DNA of 64,000 nt from assembly GCF_964204645.1 (NCBI RefSeq), contig NC_134034.1, positions 3,923,814 to 3,987,813 of the forward strand, written 5' to 3'. Source of the DNA: Tubulanus polymorphus (lineage: Eukaryota; Animalia; Nemertea). Below are positions 1 to 13,100 of the stretch, one piece after another (the first letter of the stretch is position 1; every line of letters starts with the position of its first letter). The notes beneath the pieces were generated by a model. That model was not told the DNA's origin. It was given only the letters and a program-made list of their open reading frames with translations, and searched no databases. A program made the position numbers and the translations under genes.

Positions 1-940
1 GTCTAAGCCATGACTATGCAACTGGCCCCCGGGTCTATCTTAAAACGGCATTTGTAGCTGTCCCTTTTTAGGTATCTAGTCGGTTGCTTCAGGTTGGCTC
101 GGTTTTGGCGTCAGCTTTAAATGTCCATTGGTAGGGTTAATTCAAACCTATCATACGTAAGACTAGGTTTTAGATAGAGTCCAACTCGAATCCTGCACAG
201 ACTAGGAAGTTTCTATTCTAGACACAGTCTAACATAACCCCACGCAGCGCGGATAAGTTTTTGGGTTTCATAGGCAGAGGTTCTAACCCCTACATCGACT
301 GGTTTCTAGAAAAGGTCCAACTTAGCTAGTAGCCAGCTATGTCTTTTTGACCGGTTTGATTTCATGGAAGCGGAACTTTTTTCATTTGAACCCCCTAAAT
401 AAGGGCCTAATGACATAGACTAGGTAACAGAGTCTGACTTAAAGCCAATGACGACTAGTTTCTGCAGAGGGGCAAACATAAAGCCTAGAAACAGACAGCA
501 TACACAGGGCCTAAACTAAGATCTGAATGAGAAAATTGTCTATAGGCCAAGAGATTAGTGCTAATTCCAAAGGCCTGAACTAAAAAACCCATCCTCACAG
601 GGATCAGGACGGGGGGCCAGTTGCACAGCCGTAACCTAAGTCCAAAAGTGGTCTTATATCATAAGACTGGTGTTAAGTTGTTAGATTGGCAATAGAACTA
701 AGTTGGTCTTAGACTGGTCTTAAGTCCAAGCCTTGACTATGCAACCAGAACCTGGGACTCGCCATATTTCATGACTTGTTGCGCTGAGATTTTTTACAGC
801 GAAACGGAGTTGAGTCATTTTCCGAGCAAAAGTGAAGTGAAGTTTTGTAAACATTTTCATGATTTTCTGGACTGCAATTACAAGCTATAAATGGTTTCGA
901 GACTAATCAACACAATCCGATGCGGAGAGATCTGACCGAC

Positions 941-1132
941 CTGTATTCTAGATTGTTCAATCAACGCCAGCTCTTTTTTCTGCTCTTTCTTCAGGTTTTT
1001 AATGATCGCGTCGTATTTCGCGTCGCAGTTACACCCAGCGCCACCGACAGCGCCGACGCTGCTGCTGCTGCTTCCGGCAGACGACACCGTTTTACAATCG
1101 GTCTGCGTCTGTTTCGCGGGCGTTTTGCCAAC
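941..1132 (-). CDS. ZMYND11: ZMYND11 exon (KQTQTD, CNCDAKY, start of coiled coil)
   Basis: tttttcag| acceptor and CAG|GTCGGT donor; 192 nt. Confidence 0.85.
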
Positions 1133-4100
1133 CTGAAAAATACACGCAACCAAACGATGATAAAATCATTCCGACGCGAGTCGCGAATACTAACGAATCA
1201 TCGCAGATTCTGAACTCTACGATCATCCTACGGGATTCCCCATTCCTAGCGGAATCTAAATAATAATAATAATAATAGTCATTTATATAGCGCAGTTTTC
1301 CATAGTAATAAAGTTCAAATGCGCTACTCCGGGTGGATTACGAGTTGAAGTAAGCACAGAACAGTTTAGTTTTAATGAACGTTTTGAACTGAGGTAGTGA
1401 CATATTTAACACAGCATGGTGTGGAGGGTCGATATAGTTATTCCAAAGTCTAGGAGCAATCCGCGAAAAAGCTCTACCTACAAAATTAGAAAGGTGAAAT
1501 GTTGGTTCAGAGAGTCTGTGGTGTGAAGATGAACGTAGTTGACGCGCAGGAGCATAAAACTGAATGAGTTCACTGATGTCTCACTGAATCTACCTTCATA
1601 CTCGATTACGATTTGAATTCGGTAGCGAAATATTCAGCGGAAAATTCTCGAAAAATTCGGCGATTTTTCCCTCAGCAATTCCTCAATTATGAATAATTCG
1701 GCGAACTATGTAGGGGCCCAGGGACAAGATGCCCACTCAGTGACAGGTGTCCGAGGATAAATTTCAGGCCGAGTGAATTCAGGCACAGTCAAAAATATGA
1801 TCGTGACATCCCAGCATTTTCAGCCAAAATATTTTGGTGGGTTCATTCAACTTCCCCCAGCATTTTCAGCCAACATATTTTGGTGGGTTCATTCAAAGAA
1901 TGTTTTGGTTGCTAAAACTAACTGTACTTTTTCTGATTATGAGCTATGAACTGGTACGTAATTACCTTTTTATTAGTTTGAGTACTGGTTGTTTTAGCTG
2001 ATTTGTGCACTTTATCCTCGCTTGAAGTAACCATGTGTACGTCTTCGGGGGTCGGAGCCTGGAAAAAAAAGGAAATGTATTTTTGAAAGAACCTACGTCT
2101 TGAGCACTTCTCCACGTACTTCCGCTTCACAACAGTGTTCAGGACTTCACTGGAGACATTTCTAATGGAAAACATTAGCATATCATTGAAAGAACCCCAA
2201 AATATAAATTTAACCCTTTCAGTGCGTCTACATCGCAGTGCGGTGTATAAATCAGTGATAGATTTTGCTAGTACACTGCACTGCGGTGTATTGATGTTAT
2301 TAGTAATTAATAATTATCTCTCTTGAAAAATGGCAGCACCTGTCAAACATAATGAAATACTAGTAACTAACGATACACTGCTATAGTGGTATTCCCGTTA
2401 TTCAGCACACTAGGGTGGAATTTTTTTAAAATTTTCAAATTATCTCCAGCACTATAGGGTATCGATTAGTCAGCACTGAAAGGGTTAAACAACTTTTTTT
2501 GTTTTGGGTGAAATCCGTCCCGCCCTCTTCAGAGATTATTTGGAAGTGATTTTGTGTATTCGATATAGTGGGTTTCTCACAATGATATTCATCAAGACAA
2601 GAGATAGTCTCCGCTATTAACCATTTACGAGCAAACATTAGTTTTGTTGGCAAAATTTGATAGTCCAAACTTCGCACAGCATCGAGAACTTTCGCGCGAG
2701 ATATTTTTGAACTAAAAACACCAGATTAGACGTCTTGTCGGCAAACTTTCAAGAAAGCCACATGAGTTTTATGCAACAGTTTAAGCACAGAAGCAGCGAT
2801 GAGTAAAGTTTTGATTATTGTATCCAGGGATGAGAACCAGGGATTATGAAAAAAGCGGGACTTATGATGAAAATTTCTGTTAATTACTGAAATTGCAGCT
2901 AAACTGCAACATAGGCACGAAGCACGTTGTTGGGGGTTTCCCAGTATGATCCCCTCAAAAGCCCTGTTTAAATTCTAGATGGCAGCACGAACTGGTTACA
3001 CCCCATCAATTTTCTGGACAATTTGGAAAGCTCGTTTTTTTAAATTTCTCATAAAAAAAGCGCGAAATTCTAATGGTATCAATCAAAAACATGAAATAAC
3101 AGAATTCTTCGAGTCGGACTTTCTCTATGAAACTCATTGCGGGGAGCCCGTCTCCCTAATTATCCGAACCGTCGCTCTACGATGGATTAGAATGCTTACA
3201 GATTTCTCGAGTATTTTTTCCGTGCTTGCGATCGCTTCGTTGCCCGTGTCCTCGATCGATTTACGTTTCTGTCGACGTTTACGCTTCGCCGGCGGCTCGT
3301 CGTCTTCACCGTCCGTTTCCTCCTTCTTCCGTTGTTCCTCTTCGTCGTCGGACACTCGTTCCGGACCTGAATTCGATAAAAAGCTCAGCGTTGAAAATTC
3401 GTGATTTCGAAATCGAATATCAAATCGAAGGAAATGACGACGAAACAACGATTCTGCGATCGATTTGCCAAAATAAAGTGCACCTGGAGGCGTCCTTAAA
3501 TTTCAACGAGATTATCTAAATAATGTATGTTATTTAGATATTCTTGGAGCCACCCCAATATTCGCGCCGTGCAGAGTACACTCTCAGTTTCACAAAGCAT
3601 GGTGCGAATAATAACAGATGATGCTTCTGATGAACTGATCACATGGATCGATTCAATTTTCAAAAAATGCCTAACCAGTAGGCTCAGTTAATAGATATAC
3701 GCATAGTTAGCAACTCGAATCTTCCGCACTCCAGTTTCTACTACACTTCGATCAACATTTCTCACAGCTTTGCAACTCTCGAGGCAAATTTATCTAAACT
3801 TACTCAGTTCTGAAATTTGAGAAAGGCAAATCTTTTCGAGGCTCGTTCGGTGATATCTGGATTAGAGAGTTTAGAAATCCAGTTCCAAATGAAAAAGCGA
3901 AAAGGAACCTATTTCGCCTCGGGTAAAATAGGGTCAGTCAGTGCGCTATCTGGTGGCATTCGCCGGTTGCCATTTGAGCGAAAATATCCAAATCTAAACT
4001 CACCTCCTACGTCCTCCATTTCGACGTCTTTTGAAACCGGTAATTCTTCCATATCGTCGAAATCTTCCGATATTTCGCTCGCCGTGCCAACGCTGTCGTC

Positions 4101-7100
4101 GTCGTCGTCATCGGCGCGCTGAGCGGCGGCGACGCCCTGGCGTTGCGCCTCCAGTTGGCGGTCGAGTTGTTTTTCGAGCAGCTCGCGATGGTACGTCAGC
4201 TCGTCGCACGCCTTCACGAACCCTACAGGAAATTCGGGGGCTGTAGAGAAATATATACGAGAAAATACGGACGAGTGCACACGAACAACATATATATAAA
4301 AACATCACATGCAACGTATAGAGAGAAAGATTGAGATACAACGATAGTAGAGCTGCCGATAAAATTGATGGCTCGCCGTTAAATTCGGGAAAAAAATACC
4401 TGAATTCATACCGAAAGAAATCCCACGATAGATTCAACGAAAAAAGACAACTTCCATACAGTAGAATAGTACGGTATATATTTAACCCTTTCAGTGCTGA
4501 CTAATCAATAGCCTATAGTGCTGGAGATAATTTGAAATATTTGAAAAATTCCACCCTAGTGTGTTGAATAACGGGAATACCACTATAGTGCCCCTTCACC
4601 GCGGCGCGGTGTATTGTTAGTAACTAATATCTCACTATGTTTGACAGGTGCTGCCATCTTTCAATAGAGATGAAAACTAATCACTAATTACATCAATACA
4701 CCGCAGTGCGGTGTACTAGCAAAATCTATCACCGATTCATACACCGCACTGAAAGGGTTAAATAAACTTTTTAGATTCGTTCATTTATTGTGGGATTTTT
4801 TCTACTCAATTGCAACTGAGCCGAAACAATTTTCAATTTTCGACTTTTATTCGCGTAACACGAACCAGGGCCACGAATGACACGGTGTTGTTACCCTCGG
4901 ATGCCTTTAAATTGTCGAGTAGAATTATTTCCGAATTTGTTCAGCCCAAAAAAGTAATTGGCAGCTCTACGAAGACTAACAGAAAATAACAAGAAATGAA
5001 TACTTTAACCAATAACTAAACCTAGTAAACCAGCAACAGACAGCGTATATAGAATAGTAGCAGACCGAATAAATTGCCATAGCAACAAATATGAGCAGGT
5101 AAGAAGTAGTCCTCAGTTGCCAGAGTTTGGTTCGTATGGCCATGAGTATTAATGTCTATTTCAACTTGGTGGCCTAGCTCAGTTTTGATGGTACATACCT
5201 GATAAATGTCTTATAAGGACCAGTGAGGACTGGCAGTTGACTAAAAACATTGTTTTATAATCCATTCTTCACTGTATTGACGGATATCCAAAAAGTCTGC
5301 ATTGAAGGGGTTCACGAGAGAAAAGAGACTTCATGCTTTGAAAGTTTAACAATACATGTATGACCCCATGCCTACCAACTGAAGTTTGGTGTGAAGACAT
5401 GGAAACATATCGTTAAACTTTCAAATCATGGAGTCACTTCTCTTTTCAACCCCTTACAATTAAGACTTTTGGATATCCTTCAATACAGTTTAAAATGGAT
5501 TAATAATCAATGTTTTAGGTCAACTGCCAGTCCTTTCCGGTCCTAATAAGACTTTTATCAGGTATATATTACCAAGACGACCGGGCTAGGCCACCTGATG
5601 TGCTGTCAAGTCAAGTCGAAATAGACATTATCAAGTAAGTAACAAGTGGTGGTAAATCCGGAACTGGCAAGTGAGGAGTATTCCTATCGACTTATGTGAA
5701 TCATGCAACCCTAGTGAGTGACGGTGTAATGCCGAATATATGAACGCGTGAAAAAGTGCGGTTTTGTCGTACACATGTGACTGGAATATCTAACACATGC
5801 ACCTCCAACCCCCCCTGTAGAAAATGAAAACAGAATAAAGACCACTGTTTTTTTACTTTCTTTTCCCCGGACTATTCCCCAACATGCACGTTGTTTTTCC
5901 TGACTTGATCTGCTGACGATCCAATCAATTAACACAGTTAAATATATAAAACATAGATGGAAACTGTAGGCCTATAACTGAATGCACCGTATAGATCCCT
6001 GGGGCCAGTTGCTCAAAGGTTGGTTAAAGATAACCAGCGAATAAATACCATATGTCAACTATCCATTGGTTAACTGTAACCAACTTTTGAGCAACCGGCC
6101 CCTGACTTTTTGCGGTTTTTTTCATTAACGAAATTTCCGTCCCTATTCCCTGAATTCAGTAAAGAAAAGAAAATACCCCGACTTATTTTTCCCTGATTTG
6201 CAGGTTAACTCATTGCCTGCCAAAACCGTACTGGTACGGTTGACTTGTTGTTTCTTAACTTTAACGATAGATGGCGAATTTATCGCACAAGACCAGTTAG
6301 TTTAACCCATTCAGTGCTGGCTAATTAATACCCTATAGATGAAGATAATTTGAAAATTCTGAAAAATTCAACCCTACCGTGTGTTGAATAACGGGAATAG
6401 CACTATAGTGCGTCTACGCAGCGCGGTGTATCGTAATTTACTAATATTTCACTATGCTTGACAGGTGCTGCCATCTTTCAAGAGAGATAATGAGTAATTA
6501 CTAATTAAATTAATACACGGCAGTGCGGTGTACTAGCAAAATCCATCACTGATCCTATACCGCACTGCGGTGTAGACGCACTGAAAGGGTTAATGCCTTT
6601 ACTACTATAACAAACTATTATCAGTCGTTCTATGCAGTGTGTCAGTGACGTCATCTATTGAAATGGGATCTGAACACTCATGAATGCGCATATTTTATGC
6701 AATATACCCCCTCTGCACTAGTGATTGCTGCAGATTTTATCACTTTTAGAAGAAATGCCGCTTATTTCTCATGAAAAAGCAAGACCAGATGAACAAAATA
6801 AAACAAATTTGATGATGATATCTCTTTTAGTTTTTGTTTTATGAACCTATGAAAATCACGGAAATCCTGGCAAAGCGCAGCATTTCCCGAAAAACAGGCC
6901 TGGCAGGCAAAGAGTTAACTGGCGCCACCCTCCGAGAGAAAAACATTTTTACCGTCGCTTCTTTTCACGTTCAAATCTTTCGGGTTCGAATCGATCGGTT
7001 TTATGGACGATTTCGGCACGGTGGCCCTGAAAAAAATCAACGATACAACTCAAACGTCGAACTCGCGTATTATCTTCACAAGTTTCTAGGAAAGTCGGCA

Positions 7101-10100
7101 CATTGCAGGGCCTTCGGAACAGGGGCGGCAGGGGCGGTCAAAGCCGCCCCACTTTTTTGCTTAACAAAAATTTTTTCATAAGCACGCTGTACCGCGTAGC
7201 AGCTCGTCGTTCTCTGTACTAGGTGGTTGGCTCACGACTTCTCATGCTTCTGTGAATGAGACCGTAAAATGGCCCCAAAACGCATCTCTGGCGATTGAAT
7301 TTTCAAAATTTTCTAGGGGAGGGTCCCCAGACCACCCTTCAGAAATAAGCCTCGCCACTGAAAAATTCCTTCCGACGGCTCTGCATTGCCGAGAAATGTT
7401 TCCTCATTTTGTCGTCGGAGGTATAGAAACTGACTTCGACGCAAGATGGCCGATCGCGCCGATAGTTTACAGCATAAGTATCGGCCTATACAGGACCACG
7501 GGTCCAGTAGGATCAACTGAGTACATGAAAGTTTCGAGTACAAAACTCGATTTGTTCTTGGATTTGCGACGACGTTAAAACAGCTGGTAAAGATGAAATC
7601 ATGGTGCGCGGTGTAGTAAGCATGTTCAACTTTGATGATATACATGCTAAGGGGTCATTCATTTATTACGTACGCCCTTCCGAAGCGTTTCCCTGTGACG
7701 TCATGAAACAAGGTCAAGCTTCGGTTAGTAGAATGGGAGAAAATTCATTGGAATTTTGCACATTTTCTCCCAGTACTTTTACACGGCTTAAGAGCTGATG
7801 GACGAAACTTGCCATATCAATTCCAATACCTATTTGCCTTCTTATAACAAAATATCAGCCATGCATATCTTGTATTTAGTTACTATTTGTGCCACCAAGG
7901 GCTTACAGAAAGTTATTCTCAGGGCCATTCTATAATGATCAACCCAGTTGATCCTAAAAATAAAGAATAATTTTCTTTACGCGGGCGCGGGTATCCAGGG
8001 GGTCTTACAGGTCTTCTGGAAGACCCTCAAAATTTCTAAGTGCCCATAGAACAATTTGCACTCGAAAATGCAGGAAATAGCTTCAAATCAGTGCTGGAAT
8101 CTCAAAATTTTCCAGGCCCCAGATGGGCTTCGCGCTGAGGCAGTGTTAGCCTTGCGCACTGCGCTTGTTGCGTTATAAGTATGTTGTCCTTTTTTTTTAG
8201 GTAAGCCCCCTAGAATTCTGAGAAGACCCTCGGATTTAACACCTAGATCTGCCCCTGCTACGGGTAAATGCCCAGGGTACTAACCTCTGATGCCAGCCGC
8301 CGAAGAACCGTACGTCGTAGCCGTCTTTCGTAACTTTGATTACTTTCGCCGGCCAATAACTGAATCCTTTCTGTTTCGCGTAAACGAGTTCATGAGGCAA
8401 CACCTGAAAGAAAACATCACCGAATCGCAATAAAGGCCTCTGATGTTCGAACTATAAGAGACGGAGTTCGTCTTCAATCGAAAAAAACACAGTTTTCAAA
8501 CACTTACGCAAGGTTCACAGAACCACTGATGCGGTTTCGCATTCGACATGAAATAACAATCTTTGCACAAGCGAATTTCATCCAACTACAATATAAAAAA
8601 TATCTCGCAATAAACGAAACTTGCCATATCGATTCCAATACCTATTTGCCTCCTATTAACAAAATATCAGCCATGAATATCTTGTAGTTAGTTACTATTT
8701 GTGCCACCGAGGGCTTACAGAAAGTTACTCTCAGGGCCATTCTATAATGATCAACCCAGTTGATCCTAAAAAAAAAGAATAATTTTGGTTGCATTTTTAA
8801 CGCGCAAACTACAGGAAGGTAAAATCTCTTCGTGCTTCAACTTACGTCGTGTGTGCAATCTTTTAACATCATTCTCGTCAAATCGACCAATACACTGGGA
8901 TCTGTAGATATAGGTAAACGATATTTAAAAACATTTCAATTTCGTCGCCCTCTGCTAACATTGCTCGAAGCTGACCTGAAGAGTTTAGTCCTCGTTAACT
9001 ATCCTACTGAGGCAATAAAGGGCGTTAAAATATGGTGTCCACGAGGGGCGCGAGCAGTGGTCATCAAGGTTTTAGAGTCTATTAAGGGTAAGGGGCTCAA
9101 AGAGGGTGTTACATTGGGCGCAAATTAGGGTTTCTAGCAGTGGTCATTGAAAGTGCTAGGGAAGCATACAGGGTGTTTCCTATGATGGTATTCTTAAGGG
9201 AGCAGTGTGGGCGAGTGGTCCGTCATGGGTTAGAACCCCGTACACTACCGGGGTGTCCCCTGGCAAGACATTTATCTTCATCGCCTCCCTCCATCCAGGA
9301 GCAAATGGCTACCTGGCCCCGATAAATGACTCCTGCGCGCCTTGCAGCTGCTCGGCTGTTAGTTCTCCCCAGGGAGAGATGACTGACAAGTGGTATAAGT
9401 GGTTAGAGTTATAGGCTGGGGGTAATAATACCAATTTAATGGGAAGCGCCATTGAACATTGTATCACAGTGAAAAGGGCGCTATAGAAATTAAATTATGA
9501 ACTAAAATCACTAAAAGGGGTCCAAAGGCCATCAACGTGTTCGTTAAAAAGTGTTCGTAATGCGGATCGACGTACCATCGTGTACTAACATGATGTCGTG
9601 TAATATGAGCCGGGCGTCGGCGTGGAATTCCTCTAGGTATCGATATTTACGCCGTTTCACTCGCTGTTGCATTTCGTTGAGATCCATCAATTTGTACAGA
9701 AACGGAAAGAACTGTTTGTCCTCGTCGGTCACCCATAGTTTGTGAAGTTCGCGCGTCTGAATTAAGGAGGACAAAAAAAAACAACTCAGAATGACACGAA
9801 TCGGCTTCTTTCAAGACATCCACATACAATACTGTCCAGTTTGAGTCGTCGGGTTCTTAGGGGTTGGCCGGATTTTTTCCGTACCTCTTCCACACCCAGA
9901 TGTCATCCACCCGGTGAGGGATTTGAACTTGATGGCATCGAGACTTGCCACGGTACAAAATTGGTACTCTACGACACCAGACCGGGTACGCAGCTTAGCA
10001 GATATCATTATTAGCCAATCAGATATCTTGTTTTTATTGTAGCCTGCATTTTCCAATTTATAGTTCTTGCGTGAAATTTGCCGATTATACAACGAGCAAT

Positions 10101-13100
10101 CTGATAGGAGCCCCGTGTATTCATGCGGTGACGCTGCACATGTACCTGCGCACCGGGTCTAGTGTGGCAGGGGTTCGTGCCGTGGCTGACTGTAGCGATG
10201 CCATCGGGTTCGAAATCCCCGCTGAGAGGGAGGATGCCAGATGTAGACCCAACCAAAGTAAACAAGTATCAATAAACGATACCATTGAGAAAGTGTTATC
10301 ATAATGATTTTTATCTGATTATCTGATGTGTAGTGGCTATGAAGAATGTGTTATCTGGAAAGTGGTAACTGCCAGTTGTCATCAAAATTGTAAGACAATT
10401 AGGCACATAGCCTTAAATTTCAAAATAGAAGGAAAATCATATTTCGGGACTATTTTCCGATTATCCATATATTTGCGGAGGTAATTACGTACCTTGGCTT
10501 TTAGTCGTTGAATCGTGTACGAAAGCAATCGGTTCAACTCTCGACGTGGAATTTTAGCTTTCTTCTGACAAATCTGAAATACGTAACGCATATCAAATAA
10601 TCTATTCGATAAAACCTTCTCGCTTCGGAAGAATTTATCACCAACTGAATAAGATTTGTACGCGACTGACGACATAGAACAGTGGTGGACCAGTTGAGTC
10701 TACAATTACATAAGATTTACTTTAAGTACTTAACGCCATAATTGTTACCGATTAAATTGATTTACTTCAAAAGAAAAGTGGTTTAAATTTCAATGGAAGT
10801 GCAGAATAATCGAAAACCGAATGACTACTAGCGACACCTGGCGGATCCTCACTCGCCACAAGTAGCGTTTAGTCCTCAAATAGCCGAATACGGAAGTAAT
10901 CGATGGTTCGCCATCGCATCGGGAGAAATATTCGAAGGGAAGAAATGCTCAATTCTCTAGATATTCGTTACATTGAAAGCAGCGTTTTTTTGCGAAACCA
11001 GAAAAACATCGAGCCAAAAACAAAGAAAGCAACATCGATAACATTTACTGCCGATATCAACATTAAGCTAACAACAAATGATTTTTCATTCCGTAGGTTA
11101 CTATTCACTACGAAAACTGAGTGAAATTCGACAACAAATTGAAGATTTTAACCCTTAACACCTCACGCTCTATAGACAAATTGAAGCTGCTGTCTGTGTC
11201 CTGCACCCCTTCAGACAATCTGCTGTCTGTATCCTGCACCCCTTCAGACAATCTGCTGTCTGTATCCTGCATCTTCTCAGACAAACTGCTGTCTGTATCC
11301 TGCATCCCCTACAGACAATCTGCTGTCTGTATCCTGCATCTTCTCAGACAAACTGCTGTCTGTATCCTGCATCCCCTACAGACAATCTGCTGTCTGTATC
11401 CTGCAACCCTCAGACAAACTGCGGTCTATACCCTGCAACCTTCAGACAATCTGCAGTCTGTATCCTGCAACCCTCAGACAATCTGCAGTCTGTATCCTGC
11501 ACCCCTCATACAATCTGCTGTCTGTATCCTGCACCCCTCAAGACAAACTGTGGTCTGTACCCTGCATCTTCTCAGACAATCTGTTGTCTCTGTCATAGAC
11601 TACTGCAATAACTTTAACATCACATAATTTTCTGTCCGGACCGGAGGAATTTTCGTTGAACGTTATTTCCCCTGATTTTGAGTTGAAACTGCCCGCTGCG
11701 GTGTTAAGGGTTAAACACGATTCAACATTCAAATAGTATCGATAACTTTTACCTCCAATTCCTGATGGGCAAAATATCAAACAAACTAACTCTATATAAT
11801 GAACGATACACAATAGTAGAATCAGATATCGAACAATTCTTGAGAGCGCGTTAAAAACAGTACCAGTATGCAAAATTCAAGCAAAGTTCGAACAGAGTAA
11901 ATCTCAGATATTTCGAAAACCTTTCGGTAACAACAGGGCTACTATTTTCACAATCGAACTCTGTCAATTCAGATTTTCATACCCATCGTGAAACTGGACC
12001 AATACGGTATTTTGAACGGCTGTGCACTGTCGGCCGAATTATGTAATATTTTCGACATATGTCATGGGTTCGAACCCCGTACGCCAGTGTCCCTGGGCAA
12101 ACACTAATCCTCGTTGCCTCTCTCCGCCCAGGAATAAATATGGGTACCTGGTTCAATATGTGATTCCCAAGCGCCTAGCAGCTGCTCGGATATTACCTCT
12201 CCCCAGGGAGAGATGACCGATAAAATGTTAGAATTATAGGCTGGGGGTAATAAAACCAATTTATTGGAAAGTGCCGTTGAACATTGTATCACAGTGAAAA
12301 GGGCGCTATAGAAATTAAATTACGGCTAGTATTTCAAAATCAGTAAGAGTTGACAGGTCGGTTAGTGAGTTGATGCATTCATCGAGAGAAATTGAACCAC
12401 GTACGTAACCTACTTCTAAATTCTGCGAAGTAGCCGGCGGGATTTTCTCAACACGAAATCGATGTCGCTCGAAAAAGTCGAACGGCGACCTTACGGAAAT
12501 AAAGATCGCCGACACGTTGCGAAAAAACAAACGTACTAACCTTACAGAGCGGGCAATGAAACGGCGAACCGGGATCCCAGTCGTCGACGCAGTCCGTATG
12601 ATACACCCGCCAACAATCCTTACACTTCAGCACGTCGCCGGGACGATGACATTCGAAACAATACCAGTCGTGACTTCCTTTGTCGGCCTGAAAATAATGG
12701 AACCAGTAATGAAACTTCTCATCCGATCTAAAAGGCTAAAAACTCACTTTATCGATGAAATGGTTCTATATCGTTTTATATTATAATCTTTTTGCTTATC
12801 TCGTTTAATGTAAAGTGTTACGAGTCTGTAATGAGCATGACGCTATATAGAAATAAACATTATTATCATTATCATTATTATCATGATTACTATAAGAGCC
12901 TGAGCGCCACACCTATTTGATACTTAACAATGTACCAATCAGACATCAAAGGGTGGCTCCAGTATTATCGAGAGCCTGAGCGCCACACATATTTGTTACT
13001 TAACAATGTACCAATCAGACATCAAAGGGTGGCTCCAGTTTTATTCGGTTTTAGGATTAACGCTCAGTGTGTGCAAATTTTGTTTTCTTGATTGTGTATC

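Noticed and set aside
11108-11627. ORFs of 168 aa and 65 aa
   Set aside because: Products of a 33-bp tandem repeat
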